A stretch of 63,696 nt of DNA, the filler included, from Phoronis australis (taxonomy: Eukaryota > Animalia > Phoronida), in NCBI GenBank assembly GCA_002633005.1. It is 6 parts of 6 records of this genome, joined end to end, with 100 filler letters (N's around TTAATTAATTAA, not from the genome) between each part and the next. Parts side by side here need not be neighbours in the genome. Positions count along the whole stretch, not along the records: positions 1 to 22,921 come from NMRA01000175.1; positions 23,022 to 29,670 come from NMRA01002133.1; 4 more parts are not named here. The stretch is one strand, 5' to 3'. Numbering within the stretch: position 1 is the first letter of the stretch; each line of letters begins with the position of its first letter. The notes below the pieces were generated by a model. It had not been told where the DNA came from and searched no databases. It worked only from the letters and a program-made list of their open reading frames with translations. The translations under genes were made by a program, and so were the position numbers. Positions 14,140 to 25,910 of the stretch are shown one piece after another.

Positions 14140-17100
14140 ATTGATTAGGAACATCCATTGCCTCTGTGTATAGATTAACCGAGCTGATCTAAAGATAAAT
14201 TTGTGAACAATACAAAAATTCACGACTTTACATAGAATTGAAGCTCACTACAAGCAAGTCTGACAACAAGCCTTGAAGCTACGTTCAAAGAAAAAAGACA
14301 AATAAAGTGTACTTCTTGCTTCGGTTATAGATTTAGTGAACAGTAGTCAAAACTGTCAGTTTTAAAACCACGAGAAATGAATGACAAGGATTGATAAAAC
14401 ATTTTGTACTGAGGATTATTTCAGTTATGAAAGTTTCAAAAACTTTCCACATAGATTAATCCTGAATTAAACCCAAATTAGTTCACCGATACAAATGATG
14501 TATGATGTACCTAAAAGTTTGTATGACAAAATCACTTCAAAGTGACAGTAATCCAATTCACTCTATAACTCCTGGAAAAGCAGGGAAATCATTGCCATAA
14601 GCCTGTTGACTACAGTAAAATCTCACCAATTTCAGACAAAAATTAATGGCGAAAATTAATGTTTTTTATTTTTCATGGTCTTCTATAATGCTGTCGAGAA
14701 TGCCCACTATTTTTCAAACCTTTCTTTGGTGATAGATGTGACAGAAAACTTTAGCATGGAAAGGCATTTAATTTTGGTGCTGCATGTTTCACGGAAAAAT
14801 GACAAAATAAAGTTTCACTTGTTGGCCATATTATGTCCTAAATCGATAAGTTTTTATCGTCATACACAAAAATGTTTATATTCTTGAAAGCTTTAACTTA
14901 TGAGTGATGTTATACTCAGCTGTCAATCAATGAGTCCTTCTTACCCAAGTTAACAATCTTAGTGCTCCTTTGTTGCGTCCTTGTCGGATATAACAATACT
15001 GGTTGCATGGATATTGTACCTTGGGCGCTCTCTATGCAACCAGGTTGCGACGTGGGTTCCCATGGGATGCCTACTAGAGGCAAATGCAAGACTACAAAAG
15101 TCATGCTCACATACCATTTCATCAACAGGTGGTATTTCCCTTTGTGCATATCTGCCCAATTTATTTCATGTTTGCAGCATCAAAAGTGGCACAGAAATAA
15201 TGAAGTCATAACTTGTAATTGCATCAACTCTTGGTCCTCCATCACACGACTGACAAAATCATAAGACCTTCTACTCAGATAAGAGATACGGAAGAAACTC
15301 AATCATTAGAGAGCAACTGGCTTAATTAAACTGCCAGGCAATGTTTTGAGTTTCAACATATTGCCTGATGACTTACATGTACTGGAAATTCAGGCCACAC
15401 AAAACAAATACTAGGCATTAACTTTTTAACTAGAAAGTTGAAAACTAGAGGGCGCATCATTCAGAGCACAGATTTTCAGATAGGAGTCAACAAATCAAAA
15501 CTCAAGACAGCTGGCAGTTGATATTGGACACATGTTATATCTGGCTGCCTCAATGCTAACATGATCTCCAGACGTCATATACCTGCAAATTTAGTATTAA
15601 GTGTAGGACTCAAAATGCCTGTGGTTTTTTGCTCTTCTTGTTTTTAAGCTTTGAAACAAAAAGTGCAAAAATTTTTGGTGCTTTTTGCATTTCAAGCCTG
15701 TGATTTAACTTCACGATTTGCCTCAAGTTTTCTAACGTCAGCAGAAAAAAATACGTTTGTGGTATCAAAATTTATGTTCTGGTGGTGTATCTTAGCCCTT
15801 CAATCTCAGGATCACTTAACACCACAAGTGTATTTGCTAACTGTCGCTGTTGTGTACGTACCCATGGTGATGTTGCTTACGGCTAGCTTGCCTGTACTCT
15901 GAGCTCGCTAATGATGAAGCACTCCCTCTACGCTTTAAAAGTTTGGCGGCTTTATCCCGTGCTACCTGTGATGTCATTTTTATTAAAAATTGAAGTGGAA
16001 TGCCTCAAATGTTATTCCTGTAACGATAAACGAGAATCAACAGGTGAAAATGCATTTGAATGATAGAAAAAGTCTTGAAGGACAACACACTTCATTGCGT
16101 TGGCAAGTCGAACATTATGAAATACTCCTGCACTGCAGTGAATCACCTTCTACTCAGCTCAATAATTTCAGACTTGTTAGGTAATCCTTAAAATTAAGTC
16201 TAAATCTGCTACTCTTTCCCAATATGCTTTTAAATTATAACAAACCGGTTAAACTAAGATTATAATGTAAATCTAGCCTTCATTATAGTAACCTACATCA
16301 CTCATATAGCTTTGCCATAGACTTAATAGAGGTGTCTTCGCACAAATGTAAATCATGGCCGTGGTATTGATGGGTGTAGCCTTGGTGCAAGGCTGTATAA
16401 ATATACAGATTAAAAGTGGGCAAAATGAAACCTTATACAAAGTTAGTGTCAATAAAACTACTCTTCCTTAGTTAATTTAATTTAATTACTGCCATTAGTC
16501 CATTATACATTTGTGGACCAATCACAGGCATCAACCTTGAGCGCCATGGAACAGAGCACACTCTGTAGGTTTTCAATATCTGCTTTCGCCATTTCAACAA
16601 GCAGAAGAGAAGTATTTTAATACCAGCAAACTGAATTTCAGAACAAATTTTGCTGCTGTGAAACTGTCATTATCTCCCGAAAGGTGTCGCAAAATTTTAG
16701 GAAATGGTGCATGCACGTGTCACGAGCATATCGCTTTTCAAAATGACAGATTTTGCTTTACAAATAGCAAGAAAATGACGTTTATTAGATTGCTTTTCTC
16801 TTAAATGGCTGCAATGTGGAAGGTGAGTGTCGGTTGACTCCCAGATTTTGCATGCACCTCCACTGGTTGTTAGCTCTAGATGTTGATATAGCCAGGTTTC
16901 CCGACAAGGGGATAAGCAGAACTACTCAGGCTGTGTGAAGTTTCGGGGTCTAACGGAGCTCAACCACACAATGAATTTTGACGGCAGTTTTCATACACTG
17001 CTAGGAGGCTGGCTAATCTGACTGAAGACTAGCTAGCCAGCTGAATGAACACTATCAAAATACAGCTAGGTACCACTGTGTATTGACCTCTGTTGGACCA

Positions 17101-17943
17101 TGAAATTTCACACAGCACAGGTATTAGTCTGCTCATCACCTCGTTGTGAAAATAATATCACAGACATGTAGAGCTACAACAACCAACGGAGGTGCGTGCA
17201 CAATCTGGGAGCCAACCTTGCCTGTAGCAGCCGTTTAAATGAAAAACAATCTAATAAATGTCATTTTCTTGCATAATTCTCCACCTTATTGTCACAAAGA
17301 AAAGTCTGAAGTCGTTTTGAAAAGAGTGCGTTCGTGACACATGGCATTTCCTAAATTTAAACTTATATCGAAATGAAACCAGTTCCGATAATTTGTTGTG
17401 ATATGAACACGACCTTGTGCAAGAAGAAAAGTTGATTGAAGAACTGACAAAAAACGAAGGGCAATTAAGTTACGCTGCATTTCATGGCGCAAGAAACGAC
17501 GCATAAGATCAACTCAACTTGAGCAGCAGAATAAGAACTCCAAATTTTGTATCACTTGTAAATAATTCATTGATTAACTCGAGGAAGAGTGTATTTTATT
17601 CAAGGAAGAGTTATTTTTAATGGCAATAATTTTGGGTCACATTTTATTTGTTCAGTTTATTACCCATATTGGCGCAAAGCCGTACATTACGCGTATACTG
17701 TACAGCTTTGCACCAATCAATATGACATTGAGAATGCAATTAGCTAAGGTTTAAACTGAAGACATGCTGACAAACTACTATTTGCTTAAGAGCTCTCTAA
17801 GAAGACGTTGGGATGCATCGGCTTCGAAATCATAACCTACCTATTAAATTCTGCAAAAGTTCAAAGAGCAGCAACTCATTGAAAACTTTTGATCACCTTT
17901 CCTACTTGTCACTCAGCAGACCACTCGAAGCTCAATGAAAGCT

Positions 17944-17962
17944 GTTGCTTGGCACCCGGAAG
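17944..17962. promoter_or_regulatory. X-box-like plus ETS-like motif in a putative divergent promoter
   Basis: GTTGCTTGGCACC overlaps CCGGAAG, about 340 bp upstream of the TTC4-like ATG. Confidence 0.3.
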
Positions 17963-18298
17963 CCAAGTAATAGAGAACCCAATGGAGATTGCGGATATTT
18001 AAGGTTCTCATAAACATTAAGTTCAATATATCATACTTTTATGGTGATTATTTTGACTTAAATTCCTAGGAACACGGTGAATTCTTTAGTATAAATATAA
18101 AAAACTTGTTGCTAAACTAGATACATGAGGCAATATCTTTGCTTTCGAGCCCCACTACAGAAACCTCAGTCCGCAAATGATAGAATCGACGCGTTTGATT
18201 GGGTAAAGATTTTCACGGAAATGAACGAATACGCTCGATGTGTGATAGTAGGTCATATAGAAATACACACGTGAAGTTTTGACGAAGTTTTTGGTGAA

Positions 18299-18475
18299 AT
18301 GAGTGAACCAACTAAAAAAGCAGTGTCGGAGGAAGAGCGCAGAAAGTTGGTAGAAAAAATGGACAGGGATTTGAACGAGTTAATCGCAGAAGGAGCCCGA
18401 AAAACGAAAGAAAGGAGGGAGGCCAATCCAGACTCTGACGAATTTAGAACGTACACATCAGACGAGTTGGCTGAG
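18299..18475 (+). CDS. Probable first coding exon of a TTC4/Cns1/Dpit47-like TPR co-chaperone
   Basis: MSEPTKKAVSEEERRKLVEKMDRDLNELIAEG...DELAE resembles the invertebrate TTC4 N-terminus (EEER..L..KLD.DL..FI). It ends at a strong donor GAG|gtgagt. No further exons were recognised. Confidence 0.55.
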
Positions 18476-18589
18476 GTGAGTCATAAGTTATGGAGCTTAT
18501 CTCGATCTTTTAAAACATATCTGTAGTATAAACCATATATAAAGGGAGTACTGCGAACGTCATTGCACAGGAACATAGATGTGACTGGA

Positions 18590-18810
18590 AGTCTTTTGGT
18601 AATTGTTTACAACATGACGACATTGACCTACACGCATGATTTTGGTATCGTTAGATTCCTCTCATCGTTTTCAGTCCAAAAATGTCTCCTACCTTGCCCC
18701 CTTACATTTTTATCGTCAAGTTTTTGTTTGCACTATTTCCTCGTTGACACCGCCATGTTCAATGGAAAGGAGTCACCTGGCGGCCAAAAACTGAACCAAT
18801 GTATCGACAC
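18590..18810. repeat. Dispersed repeat arm shared with 27085-27260 (direct) and 27620-27740 (inverted)
   Basis: Shares aattgtttacaa.atgac.acattgac...tttggtatcgtt with 27087. The stretch cgccatgttcaatggaaaggagtcacctgg is approximately the reverse complement of 27636-27668. Confidence 0.6.
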
Positions 18811-19840
18811 AGTTCTGTCCGCAGAGCGTCGCTCTTCACAGGCTCAAACCATAGTCGATTGCGGAGGATTCTTCCCCCCCGACCCCACACTTATAAGTAC
18901 CGGCACCGAAGTGCGTGATCGCATGGACAATAATTGACCGTTAAAACCACGACTTACTTCTTCAAGTCACAAGTCTGTGTTCGTGTGGACAAAAATTATC
19001 CGCGTTATCTAGCGCGTAAAGTCAAACAACGCAAAAAAATAAGCCGATCCAGTCGGAGATAGTCTTACTGCTATAAAAATTCGCATGTCAGTAGACCTTA
19101 CGCTTACTACGACCATTTAAAGCAGGAGGTCACCCTCTGCTCTGGTCTCTGGATAAAAATTGTCCGCCTGACTTTAGGCCTACGTGTTCTGTACGACTTG
19201 AAACAATCGATGGTGGTCGACGTACGGCCGAGGAAATTTTAACACCCGTGGTTCTCTGAACAAAAACTGCCCCTCGCCCTCTCCAAGCCATTTTAAGGCC
19301 GTGTGCTGACAAAACTTTCGCTTAGTTTGATCACGCGCTCTCTAATTAAGTAGACTGTGACTTGAGAGCAAAGTCGCGTACAGTTGGTACTTATGAAAAT
19401 CAAAAGCCACCACTAGGCTCCCTCACACATTAAGTCCTTGTGGATCACGCGCTCTCAAAGCCATTTAAAGCGGATGGTCGTATGGACGATCAACAACAAA
19501 ACAACGTATTCCTTGACTTAAACATGCACGCACCCAGGAGGGGTCCGCCTCAGAGAAACAAAAAATCCGAAAACAATTAAGCAGAAAAACGATACAACAA
19601 AGGTCCAATAAAAAGAGAAGATTACCAAAATTCGACAAATGGACAAATCATAGCTATGAACTTACACCGTGAATCTTAGTAAAACAGGGCGTGAATCTTA
19701 GTAAAACAGGGCCCTTGATTTTCCGACAGGAAATGTGCCTGTGCCTTCTTAGGGGGGAAGTTTTTGTGGGGTGTCGATCACCATCAGTAGCACTCGCCTT
19801 GTTGCAAAACCTCTAGTCTCTGCCTCAGGTAGCCAAACAN

Positions 19841-20290
19841 GTAGCAACTGATGGATCCTTCGATGGTGAAACTAATCGTGCGGGATGGGGTTATCAAATA
19901 CGCTGTGCTAACAACGTCATTGCGGAAGGTAGTGGCTGCCACCAGGTATACACAAGCAGTACGCGGATGGAGTTTGAGGCTATACAACGTGCCCTAATCA
20001 AGCTGTCACTCTTAGACCTGGAGAATCACACCATTATCTTTGCCACCGATTCCATGGCAGTGTTGATGAAAGTTCAATCTGGAAACCTCCCAGCCAACTG
20101 GGGTGTCTTCCGATCACGCCACCCTCATCATGTGGTGATCTGGTCTTTTGTACCTGGCCACGCCGGTGTCCTGATTAATGAGCGTGCAGATTACCTCGCT
20201 GGCTCATGCACCACCAACCAACCCCTCTACTTATATTCGGCTGACGTTAAGCTGCTGGCCCGCAAACACAACCTCGAGCCATTCTTTTGA
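19841..20290 (+). mobile_element. Ribonuclease HI domain fragment of a non-LTR retrotransposon
   Basis: In frame: VATDGSFDGETNRAGWG...STRMEFEAI...IIFATDSMAVL...WSFVPGHAGVLINERADYLA. The D-E-D-(H)-D catalytic residues of RNase HI are present. Confidence 0.85.
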
Positions 20291-21090
20291 ACTTTCGCTT
20301 CACGTTCCGCCAGAGCCCCTCGATGTTATTGGTGTGGCAGGTGGAGTCCGCCTGGTCTACGAAGTTCAAGTTGTGGTTCACCGAGCCATGCAAGTACCCA
20401 AGTTGGTTTAATCCGCGCTAAGCTTGCCATTCATTGGTGATGATACGAGTGCCCAGTCTGATGTGGGCTCGGATGATTGGAAGAAGCGTTGCTGCGTTTC
20501 GACGATTTACAGGTACCAGGAACATCTCAGTCTTGGCTGTCCTATTCACGCCGCCAACCACACATCTTCCGTCAACGTGCCATCCTCTGTTGTACTTTCT
20601 CCTTCCAAATTTCGATTCGTCGATCTGAAAGATAATGTAAATGTAGTAAATCTTTCATTTCCAAATTTAAGTAATATTTGAAATGAAGAAAAGGCAGTCA
20701 ACCGTGGATTTTTTATTCTAAACATTTTAAATATTTTTTGTAACGGCGACTTTTAGACGCGATTAGCTTTGGGAGGTCTGTGCTTTATTAAAAACTATAG
20801 AATAACCTTAATCAACATTTAATTGAACAGGGTTTACTTTACCACATTGATAGCGATCGAGAATTGTATGTTAGTTTCTCACCTCAACTATGGTCCCGGG
20901 ATCTCCAATGAGGGCGAAATTGTTCACATAATCCACCTGGCATACGTCACGCATGAAGTTATTCCAGTCCACTAGGGTCCTGGTGGAGTTGATGCCCAGC
21001 TCATGCCAGATGGTTGCCATGGGCGACTTATCCATAGACCACAAGTAAATGAACTGCGTCAGTCTATCAAGGGTCACCATGAAAACAATA
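20283..21090 (-). pseudogene. Merlin (IS1595/ISXO2-like) DDE transposase pseudogene with an intron at 20625-20882
   Basis: Exon ...TLVDWNNFMRDVC...IGDPGTIVE|gtgag joins ttcag|IDESKFGRRKYNRG...FLVPVNRRNAATLLPII...IITNEWQA*...SVNHNLNFVD...HTNNIEGLWRNVKRK. There is an in-frame TAG, and the second catalytic D is replaced by N. Confidence 0.85.
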
Positions 21091-21174
21091 CTCTCACACA
21101 GGGACGAACACAGACAGCACCGCATGACCCACACAATGAAAGAATACCACATTCACAACACTCCTCCCGTTCCT
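21090..21174 (-). mobile_element. Putative polypurine tract and start of the 3' LTR of a Gypsy element
   Basis: Minus strand AGGAACGGGAGGAG|TGTTGTGAA, downstream of the integrase-PHD ORF. It interrupts the Merlin ORF. Confidence 0.45.
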
Positions 21175-22554
21175 AAAAAACAGGAGGGGTCCGTAACATT
21201 CACCTGAAGACATGAAAAAACTGAAAACAAATTCCCATTCACTCCCCCCTACCAAGTAAATGTTAGAGGACAAACAGTCGTACCAGTTGTAATGGAAGGA
21301 AGAAACTCATTAAAAAAACAAACACACAAAAAACGAAAAGAGGCATTATACCTGATGTGACGTTAGTAACACTCCACAACTAACACATACCGTCATAGGT
21401 TCTAAAGTCGTGAGTCCCATAAAGTCGTGAACGATCTTATTTCCTCTTCTGCGCGGTCCTGCGACATGTGGCGTTGAAGTTTCCAGTGCTCGTCTGCTTA
21501 CAAACGTCAAACGAATACCCGGACGTGTTCGTATTCACAATATGATAACAAACAGTGAGTGAGTGGCTTCTTTTATCAAATGTATCTTAAAAACAGCATA
21601 TTTCACTAAGTCACTTTTTTGTGCATTTTTGGGATATATTTTCGAAAATATTTATCGTTCAGATTTACTCAAACATGCGCTCCAGGGGTAGCTTGAACAA
21701 TAAATCAAAATGTCCCAGGGTCGATCAAGTTTTGTAAGGCCAAAACAATAAAATACGGAGCGATAATTGATGCTGGGTTCTTAGCGTTTTACGTGAGCAA
21801 CCTCAGTGAAAACGTCTGTGCACATCAAAGTTGGGTGCAAAACATATAACAGTTTATTTCAATTGAAACTGAATCAATAAACAATACAATGTATTTTTAT
21901 GTCATCTAGAGTAACTATAAGCTCTGTAGTTGACTTGTGTGGTCATACTTCGTGCATTTCCGTCTAAACGAAACGTTCACGACTTTATGGCCTCATTCAA
22001 AGTGCCCGGCAATATCAGCGACTGTTTTAAAACTCTGCTTACGGATACAAACAAGGATTAAGATTGTCAAAACACGTATATTTGTGAAGGTTGATATATG
22101 TCCATGACATCACATGAGCAGTTGCAAATGGACATTGGGTAGTATGACAATCAACTGCTTATTATGCTTATATTCACGACTTTAGGTAACCGGTGTATAA
22201 ACCTAAAAGAAACTCCTAAACACAATGGCCTGAAAAAAAACTAAAAACAAAACGTACTGACTCTAAAAAAACAGGGCACTCAAAGAAAAACATAAAAAAC
22301 CCTCCCAACTACCCTAAAGTAGGAATCTAACACAAATAACAACTCAAAACAAAGAAATACAAAACAAACAACAAAGTCGTACAGGAAGTCCGAACAGGTG
22401 TGCGATGAAAATGCCCCTAAATGCAAGACAAAGAGGCATAAAAAACAAAACAAAACAAAACAAAAAAAAAAACCAGAAAACCAGCGCTATACCTACACCC
22501 GCTCACGAGTAGCTTGCCTGGAAATGACGCGCTCTAGCAGTAAACCCGAAAAGC

Positions 22555-22921
22555 TCATGGCTTGCACCGAGGACACAGATAAATGTCAATCTCACTAGCG
22601 TCATTAGCTGTAATATTAACACACTCCCCGTGAAGCCAATCGTCACACGAATCGCTCTGAATCATGAGACCTCCGTGAACAGGTTTACGACAGATGCAAA
22701 AAACTTCTGGGTCCCCGTCCCCGGTATTGGTGTTAATGCCATTCCCAGCAGAAATAACCCTCTTTAGCCAATCAGGTAACTCAGTATGCTGCGTCGTGCA
22801 CAATTTTATTTTGTCATGATGAATTACCGAAACCGAATTCTTAGCTCTTACCCGATACAATGCTGGAGTCAAGACTTCTATAATAATACCCGGTCCCTTC
22901 CAACTTTTTACATTTTCCTTT
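22555..22921 (-). mobile_element. Gypsy integrase C-terminus (GPY/F motif) fused to a PHD finger; cut by an assembly gap
   Basis: WKGPGIIIEVLTPALYRVRAKNSVSVIHHDKIKLC...LPDWLKR is followed in frame by FCICRKP...MIQSDSCDDWLHGECVNI...YLCPRC* (C4HC3 pattern with one Cys changed to Ser). Confidence 0.75.
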
Positions 22922-23021
22922 NNNNNNNNNNNNNNNNNNNNNNNNNNNNNNNNNNNNNNNNNNNNTTAATTAATTAANNNNNNNNNNNNNNNNNNNNNNN
23001 NNNNNNNNNNNNNNNNNNNNN
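22922..23021. other. Assembly gap with artificial TTAATTAATTAA spacer (also 29671-29770, 33232-33331, 57935-58034, 62259-62358)
   Basis: The same N-run/TTAATTAATTAA/N-run block of about 100 bp occurs five times. Confidence 0.97.
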
Positions 23022-24581
23022 ATGAAGAACCTTAAGCTGACTTCTTTCCAGCCCAAAGCACTCCAAGGATTGACTACATTAAGAGTTTTATTGCTCAGCA
23101 AGTGCAACATTCTGCACTTGCCCATCTTTGCTAATGAGAAAGGAAATTCATTTCTTCCAAAAATACAATCCATCGACTTAACTTTCAACCACATAACAGC
23201 ACTTGACAAGGTACACCAACGGTCTCCTTTTTCCGGACTAGAGCAACTTAAATCTCTCAACCTATCCCATAATTCACTACAAGAACTAAGTGACGATCTA
23301 CTACAACCACTTCTACAAATCAAGTTTCTTCATTTTGACAATAATGGCATAAAAAACATCGGAAAACGAACATTCTCAGGCCTCAAAAACATCAAGTCCT
23401 TGACGCTGAGTGAAAACCCTTGGAAAGCCAAACAAGTCTGCTACTTTGCGAACTTGAGAACTCTTGAACATCTAATCCTACACGGTGTGTACCTGCGTAT
23501 TCTTAATTATTTTATCCACGACGGTCACTTCAAACCGGAATGCATGTTTGAAGGTCTTGTCAAATTGAAAGTGCTGGATTTGAGTTATACAAACTTAAAG
23601 GGGTTGCCTGAACGACTGTTTAAAGATCTCACAGGTCTGGAACGTCTTATTTTACGACAAAATCAACTATCAGGATGGAACGACGTTGTCTTACGGAACC
23701 TTAAGAACCTTCGCTCACTGGATGTATCGATGAATCAAATCCGCACTATTAATCAAAGCTCTCTTCGACCAGTGTTATCGACACTGAATCATTTTCAGGC
23801 ATTTTCTAATCCCTATATTTGTGACTGCAACTTGGCTTGGTATGTCGACTGGGTTCGCCAGATGCATGGCAATAAATCTTTCACACTCAAGATCTCGTAT
23901 AAGATTCCGTACAACTGTTCAAATTTGAAACACAAAAGTCTGCTGCAGTACAGACCAACATTTTTTGAATGTCACCGTCTGCTGGTTATACTTTGTGGGT
24001 CTGGCTTTGGCCTGTTCGTTGTCATCTTGGCTGTTATTGGCCTACTTTATAAACATCGATGGTACATTCGCTATTGGATATTTCTATTGCGATCAAGACG
24101 GTCCAATCATTTGGAAGAAACCGACCGTCTGTTGTACACCTATGACTGTTTCATCACATACAGCGGAGACGACAGTGATCTGGTCACACAACAGCTTTTG
24201 CCCAAACTTGAGAACGAATTTGGATACAAGATGTGTATCCATGAGCGAGACTTCAAACTGGGCCGTGAAATCTCGGAGAACATAGCAGAGAGCATAGTCG
24301 TGCTCACGCAGAACTTTGTGAAGAGCGAGTGGTGTAAATTTGAAGTTAATCTCGCCCATGCTAATACACTGCATAATGCTCAACAAGCGAGACAATCACT
24401 GATTATAATACTTGTTGAGGATGTCAGCTTTGAACACATGACTCCGATTCTTAGGTTCCTGATGAGGAAAAAGACATTCTTGGAATGGAGCAATGACACG
24501 CAAGGACAAAGAGTATTCTGGGAAAGGCTTAAAGATGCCATTCAACAGCGTGGTCAGGCCCCAAGTTTAGACGAAGATTAA
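23022..24581 (+). CDS. Toll-like receptor (LRR-LRRCT-TM-TIR), intronless, N-terminus lost in a gap
   Basis: Multiple LxxLxLxxN repeats, LRRCT (NPYICDCNLAWY...C), a hydrophobic TM segment (LLVILCGSGFGLFVVILAVIGLLY), and TIR boxes YDCFITYS, CIHERDFKLG, WCKFEV and FWERLK. Confidence 0.95.
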   Translation: MKNLKLTSFQPKALQGLTTLRVLLLSKCNILHLPIFANEKGNSFLPKIQSIDLTFNHITALDKVHQRSPFSGLEQLKSLNLSHNSLQELSDDLLQPLLQIKFLHFDNNGIKNIGKRTFSGLKNIKSLTLSENPWKAKQVCYFANLRTLEHLILHGVYLRILNYFIHDGHFKPECMFEGLVKLKVLDLSYTNLKGLPERLFKDLTGLERLILRQNQLSGWNDVVLRNLKNLRSLDVSMNQIRTINQSSLRPVLSTLNHFQAFSNPYICDCNLAWYVDWVRQMHGNKSFTLKISYKIPYNCSNLKHKSLLQYRPTFFECHRLLVILCGSGFGLFVVILAVIGLLYKHRWYIRYWIFLLRSRRSNHLEETDRLLYTYDCFITYSGDDSDLVTQQLLPKLENEFGYKMCIHERDFKLGREISENIAESIVVLTQNFVKSEWCKFEVNLAHANTLHNAQQARQSLIIILVEDVSFEHMTPILRFLMRKKTFLEWSNDTQGQRVFWERLKDAIQQRGQAPSLDED

Positions 24582-25559
24582 CATGAGCAAAATGTATGTC
24601 ACCTGACTATTACGGCAATTTTTAAGGAATGTATCCGCACATTCAAGCGTTGCTACCATATACGATGTAGACAAAATGAAGAAGTAAAATGTCAGTTTTA
24701 ATAAGTGCCAGTTATTTATCAAACTTTGCTAGGAATATGTAATATAAAGTACACAATTTTTATTGAAAATATCACAAAAATACCAATGGCAAATGGACAT
24801 TAGTTTTTCGAAAATGGCAAAGAAGCGCATCTACACATGTATCGAGTAGCAAAATCAACATCAAAGACACTGACACCGGATGCAATCTCAACTGGTATGT
24901 GCATATTTTACTGTCACAGTGCCACCTATATTGAGAAGTGGTCTTTGAAGTTGAGAATGAAATGCAGAGTTTCGTGTGTGGGCATCACTGCACATGCCTT
25001 GGTTGGGTATGAGTACAGAATGACCCGGAATGCCATAAAGAATCATTTTGTTTTGTTTGACGCATAGTATTCAATATACTTTGGCATTTCATAGGCCAAT
25101 CAGAGCGTTTGAATCTTATTTTTGAACCAATACCTGGATAAAAAGTAGTTCTGTTAACCAAAAAAGCCACTACGTTACATACCCGTTGGAGCACTGGGAA
25201 AGAGTTGCGCGTCTAATTGAAACGAGTCGGTTTTGTTCAAGCTTTCCATGGTTGTTAACTTTCATCCGATGCCTGACACATACTGAATAACATGAGCTGT
25301 CGCAGGAAGACCACCAAATAGTGTGATCTCATATTTCGAAGTGCTTAAAACCACCATTTACCTTGTTTTGACAAGTGACTACATTGTCAGCATCATTAAA
25401 CATTGCTTTATAGCACTGCATGTCAAAATCATGAATTTAATATCCCAAAAATGACAAAATAGAAGAAAAGCGACTCGATTGAAAGTTTCTTAGCTCCACC
25501 GACATCACAGTGATACATGAAGCTACCTAACTCCAGTGTCTCATATCTACCAACACAGG

Positions 25560-25910
25560 AGTTTCTTGTACAAACTTGTGCCACATCAGCACTTCTGTGA
25601 TGCCCTGCAGGAAAGTGAAAAGGGTCATAGCCTGGTCAAATACTAAGTTGTCACAAACACCATAAATGCAACGCCTCACCATTCCTCATTATATCATTAA
25701 CTATACTGGCTAAAGAGCAAAACTGGTTTTCTAGAAAAATTAAAGAATCCATATACATCAAAACCAATAAGCCCACCACGAACCGTGATCAAGATTTGCA
25801 ACTTCCGCTCATCTATGACGCCATACTACTTCCGGAGAACACATTGACTGGAAACCAGNCCCCCCCCCACCATTTGTTGACAAAGAACTGTAGAGTACGT
25901 TCGAACTTTT
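25560..25910 (+). mobile_element. Penelope-like element 3' remnant (GIY-YIG endonuclease C-terminus)
   Basis: About 25700-25830 reads TILAKEQNWFSRKIKESIYIKTNKPTTNRDQDLQLPLIYDAIL, matching the R.IKE.I.I...P.LNRD.G..LP..Y pattern. Confidence 0.7.

Noticed and set aside
14916-15264. Four overlapping short ORFs on both strands
   Set aside because: No recognisable domain or convincing splice pair. They could hide a small upstream exon of the Tctex1-domain gene, but I cannot support it.
20283-20624. Bacterial IS1595 or RNase HI as contamination or horizontal transfer
   Set aside because: The transposase has a GT-AG intron (eukaryotic Merlin), and the RNase H is an isolated fragment among other transposon debris.
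22922-23021. Recurrent TTAATTAATTAA palindrome within N runs
   Set aside because: It is a scaffolding spacer with stops in all frames, identical in five gaps, and not biological. The TLR 'ATG' at 23022 is just the gap edge.
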